Shown here piece by piece: positions 8,673 through 17,579 of a stretch of DNA of 25,052 bases. The notes beneath the pieces were generated by a model that saw nothing but the letters and a program-made list of their open reading frames with translations, was not told the DNA's origin and searched no databases. Source of the stretch: Candidatus Omnitrophota bacterium (GTDB taxonomy: Bacteria > Ratteibacteria > UBA8468 > MWAK01); NCBI GenBank assembly GCA_043797665.1, contig JAZDPL010000023.1:1-25052 (forward strand), read 5' to 3'. A program made the position numbers and the translations under genes. The first letter of the stretch is position 1. Every line of letters begins with the position of its first letter.

Positions 8673-11600
8673 TTATTTCCAAAGCACCTCGTAAAACGCG
8701 ACCTCGTAATTGTCCAGCGTATAGAATGAGAAGACTTCTTTCTCCCGGAACGGCGATATCCGGAATATCCTTGCCCCCAGACAATTTACCGCATAGATTT
8801 CGGGTTGAGCGGTGTTTCCACTGCGCAGAGACACTTCCCCGTTGATTTCGGAACAGACCGCTATGTGTCTGCTTTGGTCCAACGGCTGGTTGTCCAGGGC
8901 AACTGCTATGACGCCCATCACCTCGTCCCGGAGAGACCGCACCGAAAGCAGCGAAAGAGAACACTGCCGGGAATCTCCCAGGTTGCCTAAAATCATTTGA
9001 AGATGCGGGTAGTCAGCCACCAGATGGCCGTTCAGAGTACCCTTGTTGTGTTCCAGCCGGCACTTTCCGTCCGATGATACCCAGGTACCGGCTTTGGTAT
9101 CCAGAACTCCCGGACCCGGAGGAACGCTGGTATTCCAAAAGAGATACGCAGTGAAGGCATAGACAGACCTTTTGAAAGGATTAGACGTGATGGGAAGTGA
9201 GCTCGTATTCGGACTATCCGGTTCCTCAACGTAAAGGCCGGCTATGGAATGCCCCATGAAACCGTGAACGTGGTCAAAATACTTGTTTGCCAGAAGCAGT
9301 GTCGCCGGATACGTCGGGATACCGAGCCGGTTGGTGCTCAGCGCCCCCCATTCCCGCCAGACCACCGGCTTGGTGACCTCCCCTTCCAGCGGACCTTTTA
9401 TGGCATTGATCCAGCCGGCGGTATTGGTCAGCGCCGAATCGGAGTAGCTGACCCAGCGTCCCAGTTTTTTGTCGAAGATGTAGTAACCCCCGAAATAGCA
9501 TGCCCAGGCCAGGAAATCGCTGACGTCGTTGTTGGCGCGTATTTCCGGCGGGAGAAAGGCAAAACAGGTTCCCACCGGGACCTTCACCCCGACTTCGTTC
9601 TTGAGAAAACCCTCGATGTCCTTCAAATAGTTTACGCTCACTTCGTATACGAACGCAAGAACATCGTCCTGGCGTTTATTCTGGAACTTCTCCAGGGGTT
9701 TTTGCAGCCCCTTGATGGCCACGGTTTCCCGGACCGGGTCCTCATCGGTCTTCAGAAGCTCCCCCCAGGACTGCTCAAGAACTGCCCGGCTTCCGTATTT
9801 CCGCACCAGAAAAGCGTTCCACAGATTTTTGAACCGCCGGTAACTCACCGGAGGACTGCCTTCCCAGTTGGTATCTCCCAGAGAGAGTCCGTGCTCGTTA
9901 TTGAACCCCACGAAGGCAATGCCCGGGTCGTCCTTAAGCACCTTCCCGTTATACGGATTTTTCGTATTCATGAAGTTTTTCATGAACGTCTTGTGCCACC
10001 GTATGCAGTCCGGGTTCATCATATTGCTCATTCCGTTGGCGTACTCTCCCTTCGTCCATCCCGCGCCGACGCGGGACACCTTCCCGTCCTCGTCCGTTTC
10101 GGTAAATACCTTGTAGTCGCTCATCGTCAGGTAGACGTACATGCCTTTTTTCTCCAGTTCGGAAATAAAGTAATGAACCAGATCAAGCTGGTGGGGATTT
10201 ATCTCGCCGGTTTCATTGTTCAGCACGAAGCCCGGCCCGTAGTCGTAAAAATATCCTTCGGGGCCGGCGCCCACGAATATCCTGAAAATATTCGACCCCA
10301 TGGAGGCAGCCAGGTCAACCAACTCGTCAATCCGGTCCTTGCCCCGGAACATTTCCCGGCCGCTGCCGCCCATGTCAAATCCGAAAAATTCCGCTTTTGT
10401 CCCGTCCTCAAACTGCAGTTTGTCGCCGACCGCTTTCAGGAACCCGTGCCGGCCGGCCGGTCTCTCCGGTTTTTCCCGCAGGCCCAGGTCGCATGTTGCC
10501 GGTTTCGGCATGGTGTAGCGGAAATGCTCGCACCGGCCCTGGATGTCGGCAAACAGCAGGGTGAATTCCGGAAATACCGAGAAGACGGCCGTTACGGGAT
10601 ACCCCTGTTCGTGGTACGACCGGTACGTCCGAAAGACCAGCTTGTCGGTGTTCACCAGGAAGGCGTTGCCGTAGAGGCCGCCCGACAGTCCTTTGATGAC
10701 GATTTCATTCTTCCCGGCGCGCAAAAGGTCGGTGACGTCGAACTTGTACGAGTAATACCACGCCTGCTTCGGATTGACCCACCCGTACAGGTTATAGAAA
10801 AGCTCTGTTCCGTTCACGTACAGGGCAAATTTATCGTAAACGTTATCGAGAGCCAGCGTCCATCGGTCGCGGCCCTTCTCCCTGATGTCCACCTCGGTCT
10901 TCAACCAGTAGTACGGACTGGCCCGGGCGCTTGTCTGTATCTTGTAGTCAAACCAGCCGGTTTGAGGAAGTTCCTGGAATTTGCGGTCGCGCAGCGTTTC
11001 CGGCATCTGCTTCCAGTCTCCCAGAAAATAATATTCCGGAGAGCCTTCGGCAACCAGCACCCGGAATCCGTACATGATCTTGGAGGCCAGGCAGATATTT
11101 TCCGTCCTTACTTCCGCTCCTTTTTCATCAACGACCTGCATCTTCACGACGTCGCCCGATAACGGCTGTATCTTGAAATTCCAGTATCCGTTCGCACCCT
11201 TCACGATTTCCGCCGGCGGCATCAGGCTCTCTGCTTTGGTGCCGCTCATTTTCGCGAAGAGTTCGACATCCAGGGGAAGTTCTTCTTCCGGCCCGCGATA
11301 CTCTTTTTGGGCATACTCCCGGTCGAACAATTCCAGTATTTTTTCACTCTCCGGCTTGACCAGACCGGTCACGGCAAAGAGTTTCGGCGAAGCCTCCGTC
11401 TTCAGGGACTCAAACGTGATGTTCCTGATGGGATTGTCCGGGTGCGGATTGCTCCAGGCATACACGAAAAGAGCTAACTTTCCGCCGACTGCACCCTCGT
11501 GGGGATTGTCGGCGATGTGTACAATCTTCGCATCCGGGAGCCTTTCGTTCGGATATACCCACCAATTATTCACGTTCCGGCCAATCACCAGGGGAATCGT

Positions 11601-12596
11601 TTCGCTGGAGCCGTCTTCATAAGCAAGGACATACCGGGCAATCGGTTTGTTGTTCAGGTCCGGAAAGACCCAGGTTGCCGTATGGAGAAAATAGAGGCGA
11701 ACGTACTTCTTGCTGCCGACGGACATAGGACCCGCGGTAAGCGGAAAGAACTCTTTTTTGGTTCCGAACAGGCTGATGACGGCCTGGCCGGTTTTTCCTT
11801 CAAGCATCAACTGGTTGGCGTCGACACCTTCTTGCAATCCCCAGGAGCCGATGCCGAACGGGATCCCGAAGTATTCCGTCTTCCCAAGTTTCAGTGCCCG
11901 GGCGTCAACCGGCCCGTCATCATCCCAACCGCCCAGACTGTCACCCGCAACTTCATCAACAAGAGTTCTGTTGAAAAATGCGCTGATATCGACCGGTTCA
12001 AAGGTCAGTTTTTCGGAAAGTAATTTCTTAACCTCCGGGGCCGGACCTTCTCTTTTTTCCTTGATTTCCACGTTATCGAACCAGGCGTCTCCGGGAGTAT
12101 TGGGCTGGTGTAAGAGTTTTATGACGAGACCGTCCTGGTCGGGTCCGGTGGTATACTCCTGTTTGACGGCAACCCAGTCCCCGGAGGTAGTGTTACCGAT
12201 GATTTTCTCATCCGGCCACCCCCAGGGGTCTTGAACGTCCCACTTATAGAGCCTTATGTCGGCCCTGGTCCCGTCCGTTTTCAAGTATGCGGAAATGACA
12301 TAAGCGGTATTTCTTTCAACCCGGATTCTCTGGAATATGCCGTTCTGCCCTTTACAGATTATTTTTTGCGAAAATTTGCCGTCAACGGAGGAGTCGCTCT
12401 CCATCCGGAAGTTCACGTCCGGAAATGCGAGCCAGTCGTCGGCCAGGCCGTTGTTATCCGCATCAACTTCGAAGGAACCGTTTGCCGCAAGATTTTCCGC
12501 CGGCGCCGACGCCGCCGAATGAACGGGAACAGACAGAACGAGTCCAAACACGAATAACCCCATCCATTCAGGCAATTTTTTCATAATGACCCGCAT
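8673..12596 (-). CDS. Large secreted glycoside hydrolase: CBM4/9-like N-terminus, beta-sandwich domains, GH5-like clan-A catalytic domain
   Basis: Signal peptide ending [15 protein letters not shown]...AWFDNVEI is a CBM-like module. GH2-like sugar-binding segment ([23 protein letters not shown]). Catalytic region [45 protein letters not shown] (acid/base), KPVVWREWG (nucleophile). Confidence 0.8.
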   Translation of the reverse strand: MRVIMKKLPEWMGLFVFGLVLSVPVHSAASAPAENLAANGSFEVDADNNGLADDWLAFPDVNFRMESDSSVDGKFSQKIICKGQNGIFQRIRVERNTAYVISAYLKTDGTRADIRLYKWDVQDPWGWPDEKIIGNTTSGDWVAVKQEYTTGPDQDGLVIKLLHQPNTPGDAWFDNVEIKEKREGPAPEVKKLLSEKLTFEPVDISAFFNRTLVDEVAGDSLGGWDDDGPVDARALKLGKTEYFGIPFGIGSWGLQEGVDANQLMLEGKTGQAVISLFGTKKEFFPLTAGPMSVGSKKYVRLYFLHTATWVFPDLNNKPIARYVLAYEDGSSETIPLVIGRNVNNWWVYPNERLPDAKIVHIADNPHEGAVGGKLALFVYAWSNPHPDNPIRNITFESLKTEASPKLFAVTGLVKPESEKILELFDREYAQKEYRGPEEELPLDVELFAKMSGTKAESLMPPAEIVKGANGYWNFKIQPLSGDVVKMQVVDEKGAEVRTENICLASKIMYGFRVLVAEGSPEYYFLGDWKQMPETLRDRKFQELPQTGWFDYKIQTSARASPYYWLKTEVDIREKGRDRWTLALDNVYDKFALYVNGTELFYNLYGWVNPKQAWYYSYKFDVTDLLRAGKNEIVIKGLSGGLYGNAFLVNTDKLVFRTYRSYHEQGYPVTAVFSVFPEFTLLFADIQGRCEHFRYTMPKPATCDLGLREKPERPAGRHGFLKAVGDKLQFEDGTKAEFFGFDMGGSGREMFRGKDRIDELVDLAASMGSNIFRIFVGAGPEGYFYDYGPGFVLNNETGEINPHQLDLVHYFISELEKKGMYVYLTMSDYKVFTETDEDGKVSRVGAGWTKGEYANGMSNMMNPDCIRWHKTFMKNFMNTKNPYNGKVLKDDPGIAFVGFNNEHGLSLGDTNWEGSPPVSYRRFKNLWNAFLVRKYGSRAVLEQSWGELLKTDEDPVRETVAIKGLQKPLEKFQNKRQDDVLAFVYEVSVNYLKDIEGFLKNEVGVKVPVGTCFAFLPPEIRANNDVSDFLAWACYFGGYYIFDKKLGRWVSYSDSALTNTAGWINAIKGPLEGEVTKPVVWREWGALSTNRLGIPTYPATLLLANKYFDHVHGFMGHSIAGLYVEEPDSPNTSSLPITSNPFKRSVYAFTAYLFWNTSVPPGPGVLDTKAGTWVSSDGKCRLEHNKGTLNGHLVADYPHLQMILGNLGDSRQCSLSLLSVRSLRDEVMGVIAVALDNQPLDQSRHIAVCSEINGEVSLRSGNTAQPEIYAVNCLGARIFRISPFREKEVFSFYTLDNYEVAFYEVLWK

Positions 12597-12615
12597 CTAT
12601 CTTGCAACCATCGTT

Positions 12616-12658
12616 TTAATCGTTTAAGCATTGTAACAGGAAAAACTGTTTTTGTCAA
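12616..12658 (-). promoter_or_regulatory. Second copy of the sigma70 promoter plus LacI-type operator, upstream of the glycosidase/pilin operon
   Basis: TTGACA(12658-12653)-17 nt-TACAAT(12635-12630) with a TG extension, then TTAAACGATTAA (12627-12616). TTTTAATCGTTTAAGCATTGTA is identical to 2329-2350. Confidence 0.85.
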
Positions 12659-14077
12659 CTAAATTTTTCTAAAAAACCCCGGCAGTACATCCCGTTCGGC
12701 TTCCAGCAGGTCCGCAATACAGGCATCGGCATCGGGGATATTGTTACAGAGGGGGTCGGTAAGCATTGCCCGGCGCAGGAACTTCTTGTCGCCGGTGACT
12801 GCCGCATCTGCGGTAAGTTCGTGCGTATCCAGTATCTGGTACTGCAAGGCCCTTAGCCCCGGCGGCATATCGCCGAAGGGTAACGGGACCGGTCCCTGCA
12901 TATCAATATGACAGAGCAACTCCAGAAAAGCATCGGCGGGCAGATTGCCCACCGCACCCCGGTTCGGAGAGTTGACGTAGAACGTCCGATTCAAACCGGC
13001 CCACATCGACTCGACAATGTCGGTTGCGTGCTCTGAGGTATTCTTCTTGAAGAAATCTTCCACGCTCAGTTTACCGGCAGCGTATTGTTCGGTAACCTTC
13101 CAGGCTGCCGCCATCTCCCTGGCGCGTTGCTCCGCATCGAAGCAGCGGATCGGCTCCGGGACGTTGGGAAGGATACCGTATCCCTGGAAAAAGGGTACGT
13201 ACTCCTTGGTATGGCCGACTGCGGTAGGATAGGCACCGTAAAGGTCAAAGAGTTGCAGGGCACAGGTAGAATTGTACCGGGCCTTGGAGTGTTCGCCGGG
13301 TTCCTTCTTCTCTTTTTCGACCCATTTTACCAGTTGCTCACGTACAACCGGCATCATATCCTTTCCGCCGTATCGGAAACGGACTAACCAGGTGCAGTGA
13401 TTAACACCACCGATTTTGAGGTCCAGCTTACCGGCTATCCGGGGCGGTATGGGGATGGGCTTTTTTTCCATGAGACGGTAACAGTCCGACGGTAATATCC
13501 CGACCAGGTGACACCACCAGGCGGTGTTGTAGGGTTCTCGGTGCCCATCGCAGAGGGCGAAACTTCTGACATCCGGCGCGTATTTGCGCAGCGCCATCCC
13601 CATGACCGCGGTCGGATTGACATAGTTGATGAGCCAGGCGTCGGGAGCAAGCCGCCTGACATCACGGGCAATATCCAGGGCAGACGGAATTTCGCGCAGC
13701 GCCCGAAAGATGCCGCCGGGACCGATCGTGTCGGAACTGCACATCTTGATACCGTGTTTGGCCGCAATCTTAGTATCCAGCCCGCGGAAATAGGTATTGC
13801 GTTCCGAGAAAGTGAGCACCACAAAATCCGAACCTTCCATCACCTTTCGCCGGTCCGTCGAACCGATGAGTTTGACTCCGCCCGCGCTCTTCTTAAAGAC
13901 ACGCTGTGCCAGAGACATCATCGTGTTCAACACTCCGGGATTGGTGTCCACCAGGGCTAATGTCCCGCCGGCCATGTGCGGGCTGGTGGCCATCTTATAG
14001 ATGACCGGCCGTCCAAAAAAATAACTTCCGGCGCCGATTACCGTTATCTTGGGACCGTATTTCTGATACTTCATCAT
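12659..14077 (-). CDS. Family 4 glycoside hydrolase (NAD+/Mn2+-dependent; alpha-galactosidase/alpha-glucosidase-like)
   Basis: KITVIGAGS, DTIGPGGIFRALR, WLINYVNP, LCDG, GVNH, HTKEY, NRGAVGNLP. Start set at ATG 14077 after GGGAGG. The ORF track extends to 14095. Confidence 0.92.
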   Translation of the reverse strand: MMKYQKYGPKITVIGAGSYFFGRPVIYKMATSPHMAGGTLALVDTNPGVLNTMMSLAQRVFKKSAGGVKLIGSTDRRKVMEGSDFVVLTFSERNTYFRGLDTKIAAKHGIKMCSSDTIGPGGIFRALREIPSALDIARDVRRLAPDAWLINYVNPTAVMGMALRKYAPDVRSFALCDGHREPYNTAWWCHLVGILPSDCYRLMEKKPIPIPPRIAGKLDLKIGGVNHCTWLVRFRYGGKDMMPVVREQLVKWVEKEKKEPGEHSKARYNSTCALQLFDLYGAYPTAVGHTKEYVPFFQGYGILPNVPEPIRCFDAEQRAREMAAAWKVTEQYAAGKLSVEDFFKKNTSEHATDIVESMWAGLNRTFYVNSPNRGAVGNLPADAFLELLCHIDMQGPVPLPFGDMPPGLRALQYQILDTHELTADAAVTGDKKFLRRAMLTDPLCNNIPDADACIADLLEAERDVLPGFFRKI

Positions 14078-14171
14078 CTTTTGCCTCCCTGCCAACCTAT
14101 ATTAAATCACTCCCTTTCATCTGTTGTCAATCATCCTCCCGCATACGGAATCCGGATTGCCGTGCCTGAAT

Positions 14172-15038
14172 TCATGGACAATATCGCGCCCAAGTTGTAT
14201 GCGGCGGAAAATTCTGCAACAGGTCGCGGACGATAATACTGTTTTCGTTGACCTGGTCATGGTATTTTGGGAACATCCCCACGACAACCGCATCCGTCTG
14301 TTTAATCCGGCTAAAGGCAAACCGGAAGGCTTCCTTAACCATCCGGTAAGTCCGGCATTTCCGTCCGGCGCCTAAAATTTTAAACGCTAAACACGTCCTG
14401 GATGTACTCCGGATGAATTTACACATAATATCCCGGTCCGGGTCGTCAAACGGTTCCTCCACCCTGGGTGCACCGGCCAGAATACTGCCCCGCTCAACCT
14501 TACTGACATTATAAAAACAAGCCGTATAGAAGTCGATGTCCCAGCCTTTTTCTTCTACATACCGAAAGACTTCCGGCATATGACTGCCCAGTCCTACCGC
14601 AGTCCCGGTATCCCGGATGGCTTTAAGGTGGTCGCGGATAGTATCAATTTGACCTGCCTTCCAGCGCCGGTCGGTTTCGGTTCCGTGGTAGTAAATGCCG
14701 AGCGGGTTTAAAGAAGCAATCTCCCGGATGTTCTGGTAGGTGTCCGGGTGTTCCGAAGCGGTCTGGCAGATCCAGTGGAGAGAGCCGCCTTGCTCCCGAA
14801 ACGTACGCACGATATTAAATATAATCCGGTCACCCCGGGAGAGCATCGCGTTAATGCCGTTCTCTTCGCAGGCAAAGAGGGCTTTAACCGCATTCGCACA
14901 GGTGTAGTACTCAGCCATCTCCCGGTTAAGTTCCTCCGAAAAGTGGGAATTGCCCTGAAAAGGATTACCGCCGATAATCAGCCGGGTAACTTCAACGCCG
15001 TTCAGCCTGATAGTCGGCAAAAGATTTTTCTGCTGCAT
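14172..15038 (-). CDS. Conserved hypothetical protein, aldo/keto-reductase-like TIM barrel
   Basis: LPTIRLNGVEVTRLIIGGNPF, IYYHG, AVGLGSH, LAFKILGAGR and DAVVVGMF resemble the AKR fold. Function unknown. Confidence 0.65.
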   Translation of the reverse strand: MQQKNLLPTIRLNGVEVTRLIIGGNPFQGNSHFSEELNREMAEYYTCANAVKALFACEENGINAMLSRGDRIIFNIVRTFREQGGSLHWICQTASEHPDTYQNIREIASLNPLGIYYHGTETDRRWKAGQIDTIRDHLKAIRDTGTAVGLGSHMPEVFRYVEEKGWDIDFYTACFYNVSKVERGSILAGAPRVEEPFDDPDRDIMCKFIRSTSRTCLAFKILGAGRKCRTYRMVKEAFRFAFSRIKQTDAVVVGMFPKYHDQVNENSIIVRDLLQNFPPHTTWARYCP

Positions 15039-15153
15039 TCCTACTACTAAAAAGAAATATTTCAGCCTGATAGTCTGCCTTATTTATTATATTCTACTCC
15101 GAAATCAATAAAATGCAAGTATTTAATGCGTTTCATATAGTATAATATGAAAT

Positions 15154-16557
15154 ATGGATAGAAACATTATGAAATGGCTATACGTAAACCCTGACGATTT
15201 AACCACCGAGCGGCAACAACTGATTGACGAGGGTCGCGATATTTCCGGGGTTGATGTCGAGTTCAAAAAATTTGCCGGATTAGAACCGGATGATTTCGTG
15301 AACCGGCAGGAAGAACTGCGCGCTTTTCTGGACCGGACCGCAGGACTTCCAATGAGAGCAGGTTATTCATACCGGGAACCGTCAGACCTGGATGGAATTA
15401 AGAAGCTCCGGCCGGAAGGTTCCCGGAAGATGAAATCTTCCCTGAATCAAAAAGAACTGTACGACAAAACTCTCGGTGCCTGGCTTGGGCGCTGCGCCGG
15501 ATGCCTTTTGGGTAAGCCGGTGGAAGGCTGGAGGTCCGAAAGGATGTGGGGGTACTTAAAAGACTTAAACCGTTATCCGCTCAACGACTATTTCCGGTCA
15601 GATGTGCCGGAAGACATCCAAAAAAAATACCAGGTCTCCCGGAACGTGCCATTTATTAATCGGGTGCATCACATGGTGGAAGACGACGATACCAATTATA
15701 CGGTTACCGGCCTGGCAATAGTAAAAAAGTACGGGTTCGATTTTGCGCCGGTGGACGTGGCATTCTTTTGGCTGGAGAATATTCCAATCCTGCATACCTG
15801 TACCGCAGAAAGGGTGGCTTACCGGAATATATGCCGTCTGATTTTTCCTCCCGCCTCGGCGATTTCCCGCAACCCCTACCGGGAATGGATCGGAGCCCAG
15901 ATCAGGGCCGATTTCTTTGGTTATGTTGCAGTCGGAAATCCGGAACAGGCAGCCGAACTTGCCTGGAGAGACGCATCAATCAGTCACGTAAAGAACGGAA
16001 TTTACGGGGAGATGTGGGTTGCCGCGATGTTAGCGGCGGCTCCCTTTTTGCCGGACGTGAAGAAAATCATACAAACCGGCCTTTCGGAGATACCCGAAAA
16101 CTGCCGGTTGAGCAAAGGGATCAAGGAGGTTGTTGCCTGGCACGAGGAGGGAGTGGACTATCAGAAGGCTGTGACCAGAATACACACGAAATGGGATGAA
16201 ACCTTTCCTCATCATTGGACCCATACCATCAGTAATGCGCAGATTGTCGCTCTGGGCCTTCTCTGGGGCGGGGGTGATTTCGAAAAGTCAATCTGCCGGG
16301 CCGTACAGGCTTGTTTTGACACCGACTGCAACGGGGCAACGGTCGGGTCTATTGTCGGAATGATGCTGGGAGCAAAGGAACTTCCGGCGAAGTGGGTCAA
16401 ACCTCTTAACGATAAAATCGAAACCGGAATTTCCGGTTATCATCTGGTGGCCATTTCAGAACTGGCAAAAGAAGGATTCAATTTGTACCGGAACAACCCC
16501 TTATGTACGGAAAAACGTCCGAAAATCCCTCACAATTTACCGTCGGAAAATGATTGA
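15154..16557 (+). CDS. ADP-ribosylglycohydrolase (DraG/ARH) family protein
   Basis: GAWLGRCAGCLLGKPVEG, EDDDTNYT, WIGAQIRAD, DASISH, DTDCNGATVGSIVG. TATAAT (15141-15146) lies 7 nt before the ATG. Confidence 0.92.
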   Translation: MDRNIMKWLYVNPDDLTTERQQLIDEGRDISGVDVEFKKFAGLEPDDFVNRQEELRAFLDRTAGLPMRAGYSYREPSDLDGIKKLRPEGSRKMKSSLNQKELYDKTLGAWLGRCAGCLLGKPVEGWRSERMWGYLKDLNRYPLNDYFRSDVPEDIQKKYQVSRNVPFINRVHHMVEDDDTNYTVTGLAIVKKYGFDFAPVDVAFFWLENIPILHTCTAERVAYRNICRLIFPPASAISRNPYREWIGAQIRADFFGYVAVGNPEQAAELAWRDASISHVKNGIYGEMWVAAMLAAAPFLPDVKKIIQTGLSEIPENCRLSKGIKEVVAWHEEGVDYQKAVTRIHTKWDETFPHHWTHTISNAQIVALGLLWGGGDFEKSICRAVQACFDTDCNGATVGSIVGMMLGAKELPAKWVKPLNDKIETGISGYHLVAISELAKEGFNLYRNNPLCTEKRPKIPHNLPSEND

Positions 16558-16560
16558 CTT

Positions 16561-16986
16561 TTAGCCTCGTTCGGAACTGTCCAAATCCGCGATGGTGCGG
16601 GATACTTTGCGCAGTTTGTCGTAGGAGCGGGCGCTCAAACCAAACCTCTCCATGGCCTGCTTCAACAGGTCAGCGGCATCAGGGGTGAGAATGCAGTGTT
16701 CCTTTATCTGCCGGCTGGAAAGGAGGGCGTTGGTGCAATGAATTGCACCGCTACGGTAGCGTTCTTGCTGAACCTTTCTTGCCTTACAGATTCGCTCCCG
16801 AATCACCGCGGAACTTTCACCCTCCGGCCGGCTGTCACTGAACTCCACAAACGGTACCGGCGGTACCTCAATATGCAGGTCAATCCGGTCTAAAAGAGGA
16901 CCGGAGAGTTTACCCCGGTACTTGGCAATCTGGGTGGCTAAACACCGGCAGGCTTTCCTGGGATGGCCCAAGTTCCCGCAGGGGCA
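16561..16986 (-). pseudogene. comM: comM/YifB (Mg-chelatase family) internal fragment, truncated at both ends
   Basis: CPCGNLGHPRKACRC...KLSGPLLDRIDLHIEVP...[24 protein letters not shown]. It starts at the CPCG motif and loses homology at 16571, so the last ~22 codons are missing. Confidence 0.9.
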
Positions 16987-16993
16987 ACCCTGC
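16978..16993. mobile_element. Putative hybrid attachment site (element/comM junction), copy 1
   Basis: Inverted repeat GCAGGG-GCAA-CCCTGC centred exactly where comM homology stops. The same junction occurs at 24299-24316. Confidence 0.6.
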
Positions 16994-17126
16994 AAGACAG
17001 AAGGGCAACAAGATTCTAATCTATAATATCTCACGGAAATTCAGTTTAGCACACCTCAAGATTTCAAACAAGCCTTACTACCCTGCCAGCCCCAAGACCT
17101 TCGGCCAGAAACTAAGAAAGTGGAGG

Positions 17127-17567
17127 ATGGACAGGAACATGTTGGCAAAGGACATAGCAAAGATTATCGGCGTGGATGAAACAACGGTTCTGAACTGGGA
17201 AGTAAGAAATATGACACCAGTATATAAATTTGCCAGAAAAATCAAGGAGATAACCGGCCTGGAGATAACCTCTGGCTTCAGAGACCAGCGCAAGTTTAAA
17301 CCAGAACCCGGCAGTTTGGGTGAAAAGGTAAGGCAGAAAAGGCTGGAACTCGGGTTTAGCCAAAAAGAGATGGCTAAAAAATTGGGTGTTTCTGTGGATT
17401 ATATCGCGGATTTGGAAACTGGGAGGGTAAAGGGGACAAGCTCTGGATGTTTCTACCGGAATATAGTAAAATTGAGAGCGCAGGAAACTCTCACCCCTGG
17501 TGAGAGAAATTGGTTGGTTTCACAATATTATTTTGATGAATTAAAACCGAGATCAAGAAGAATCTGA
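17127..17567 (+). CDS. Double XRE/Cro-type helix-turn-helix regulator (5' end probably truncated at the att junction)
   Basis: Two HTH units (TFGQKLRKWRMD...IIGVDETTVLNWE; SLGEKVRQKRLELGFSQKEMAKKLGVSVDYIADLETG). The first ATG falls inside HTH1, and the frame is open and conserved back to ~16986. Confidence 0.85.
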   Translation: MDRNMLAKDIAKIIGVDETTVLNWEVRNMTPVYKFARKIKEITGLEITSGFRDQRKFKPEPGSLGEKVRQKRLELGFSQKEMAKKLGVSVDYIADLETGRVKGTSSGCFYRNIVKLRAQETLTPGERNWLVSQYYFDELKPRSRRI

Positions 17568-17579
17568 AGGGGTTAGGAT

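Noticed and set aside
9249..11162. Long plus-strand ORF (637 aa), and similar ones at 500-1357, 2789-3763, 4367-5050 and 6301-7626
   Set aside because: Antisense shadows of well-supported minus-strand genes in GC-rich DNA, with no recognisable motifs.
16987..17034. N-terminal leader MRYYRLESCC... that would let the comM 3' part be translated (also 24309-24356)
   Set aside because: Differences between copies are non-conservative in this frame (L/A, P/L, L/S) but synonymous or conservative in the opposite-strand HTH frame. No SD.
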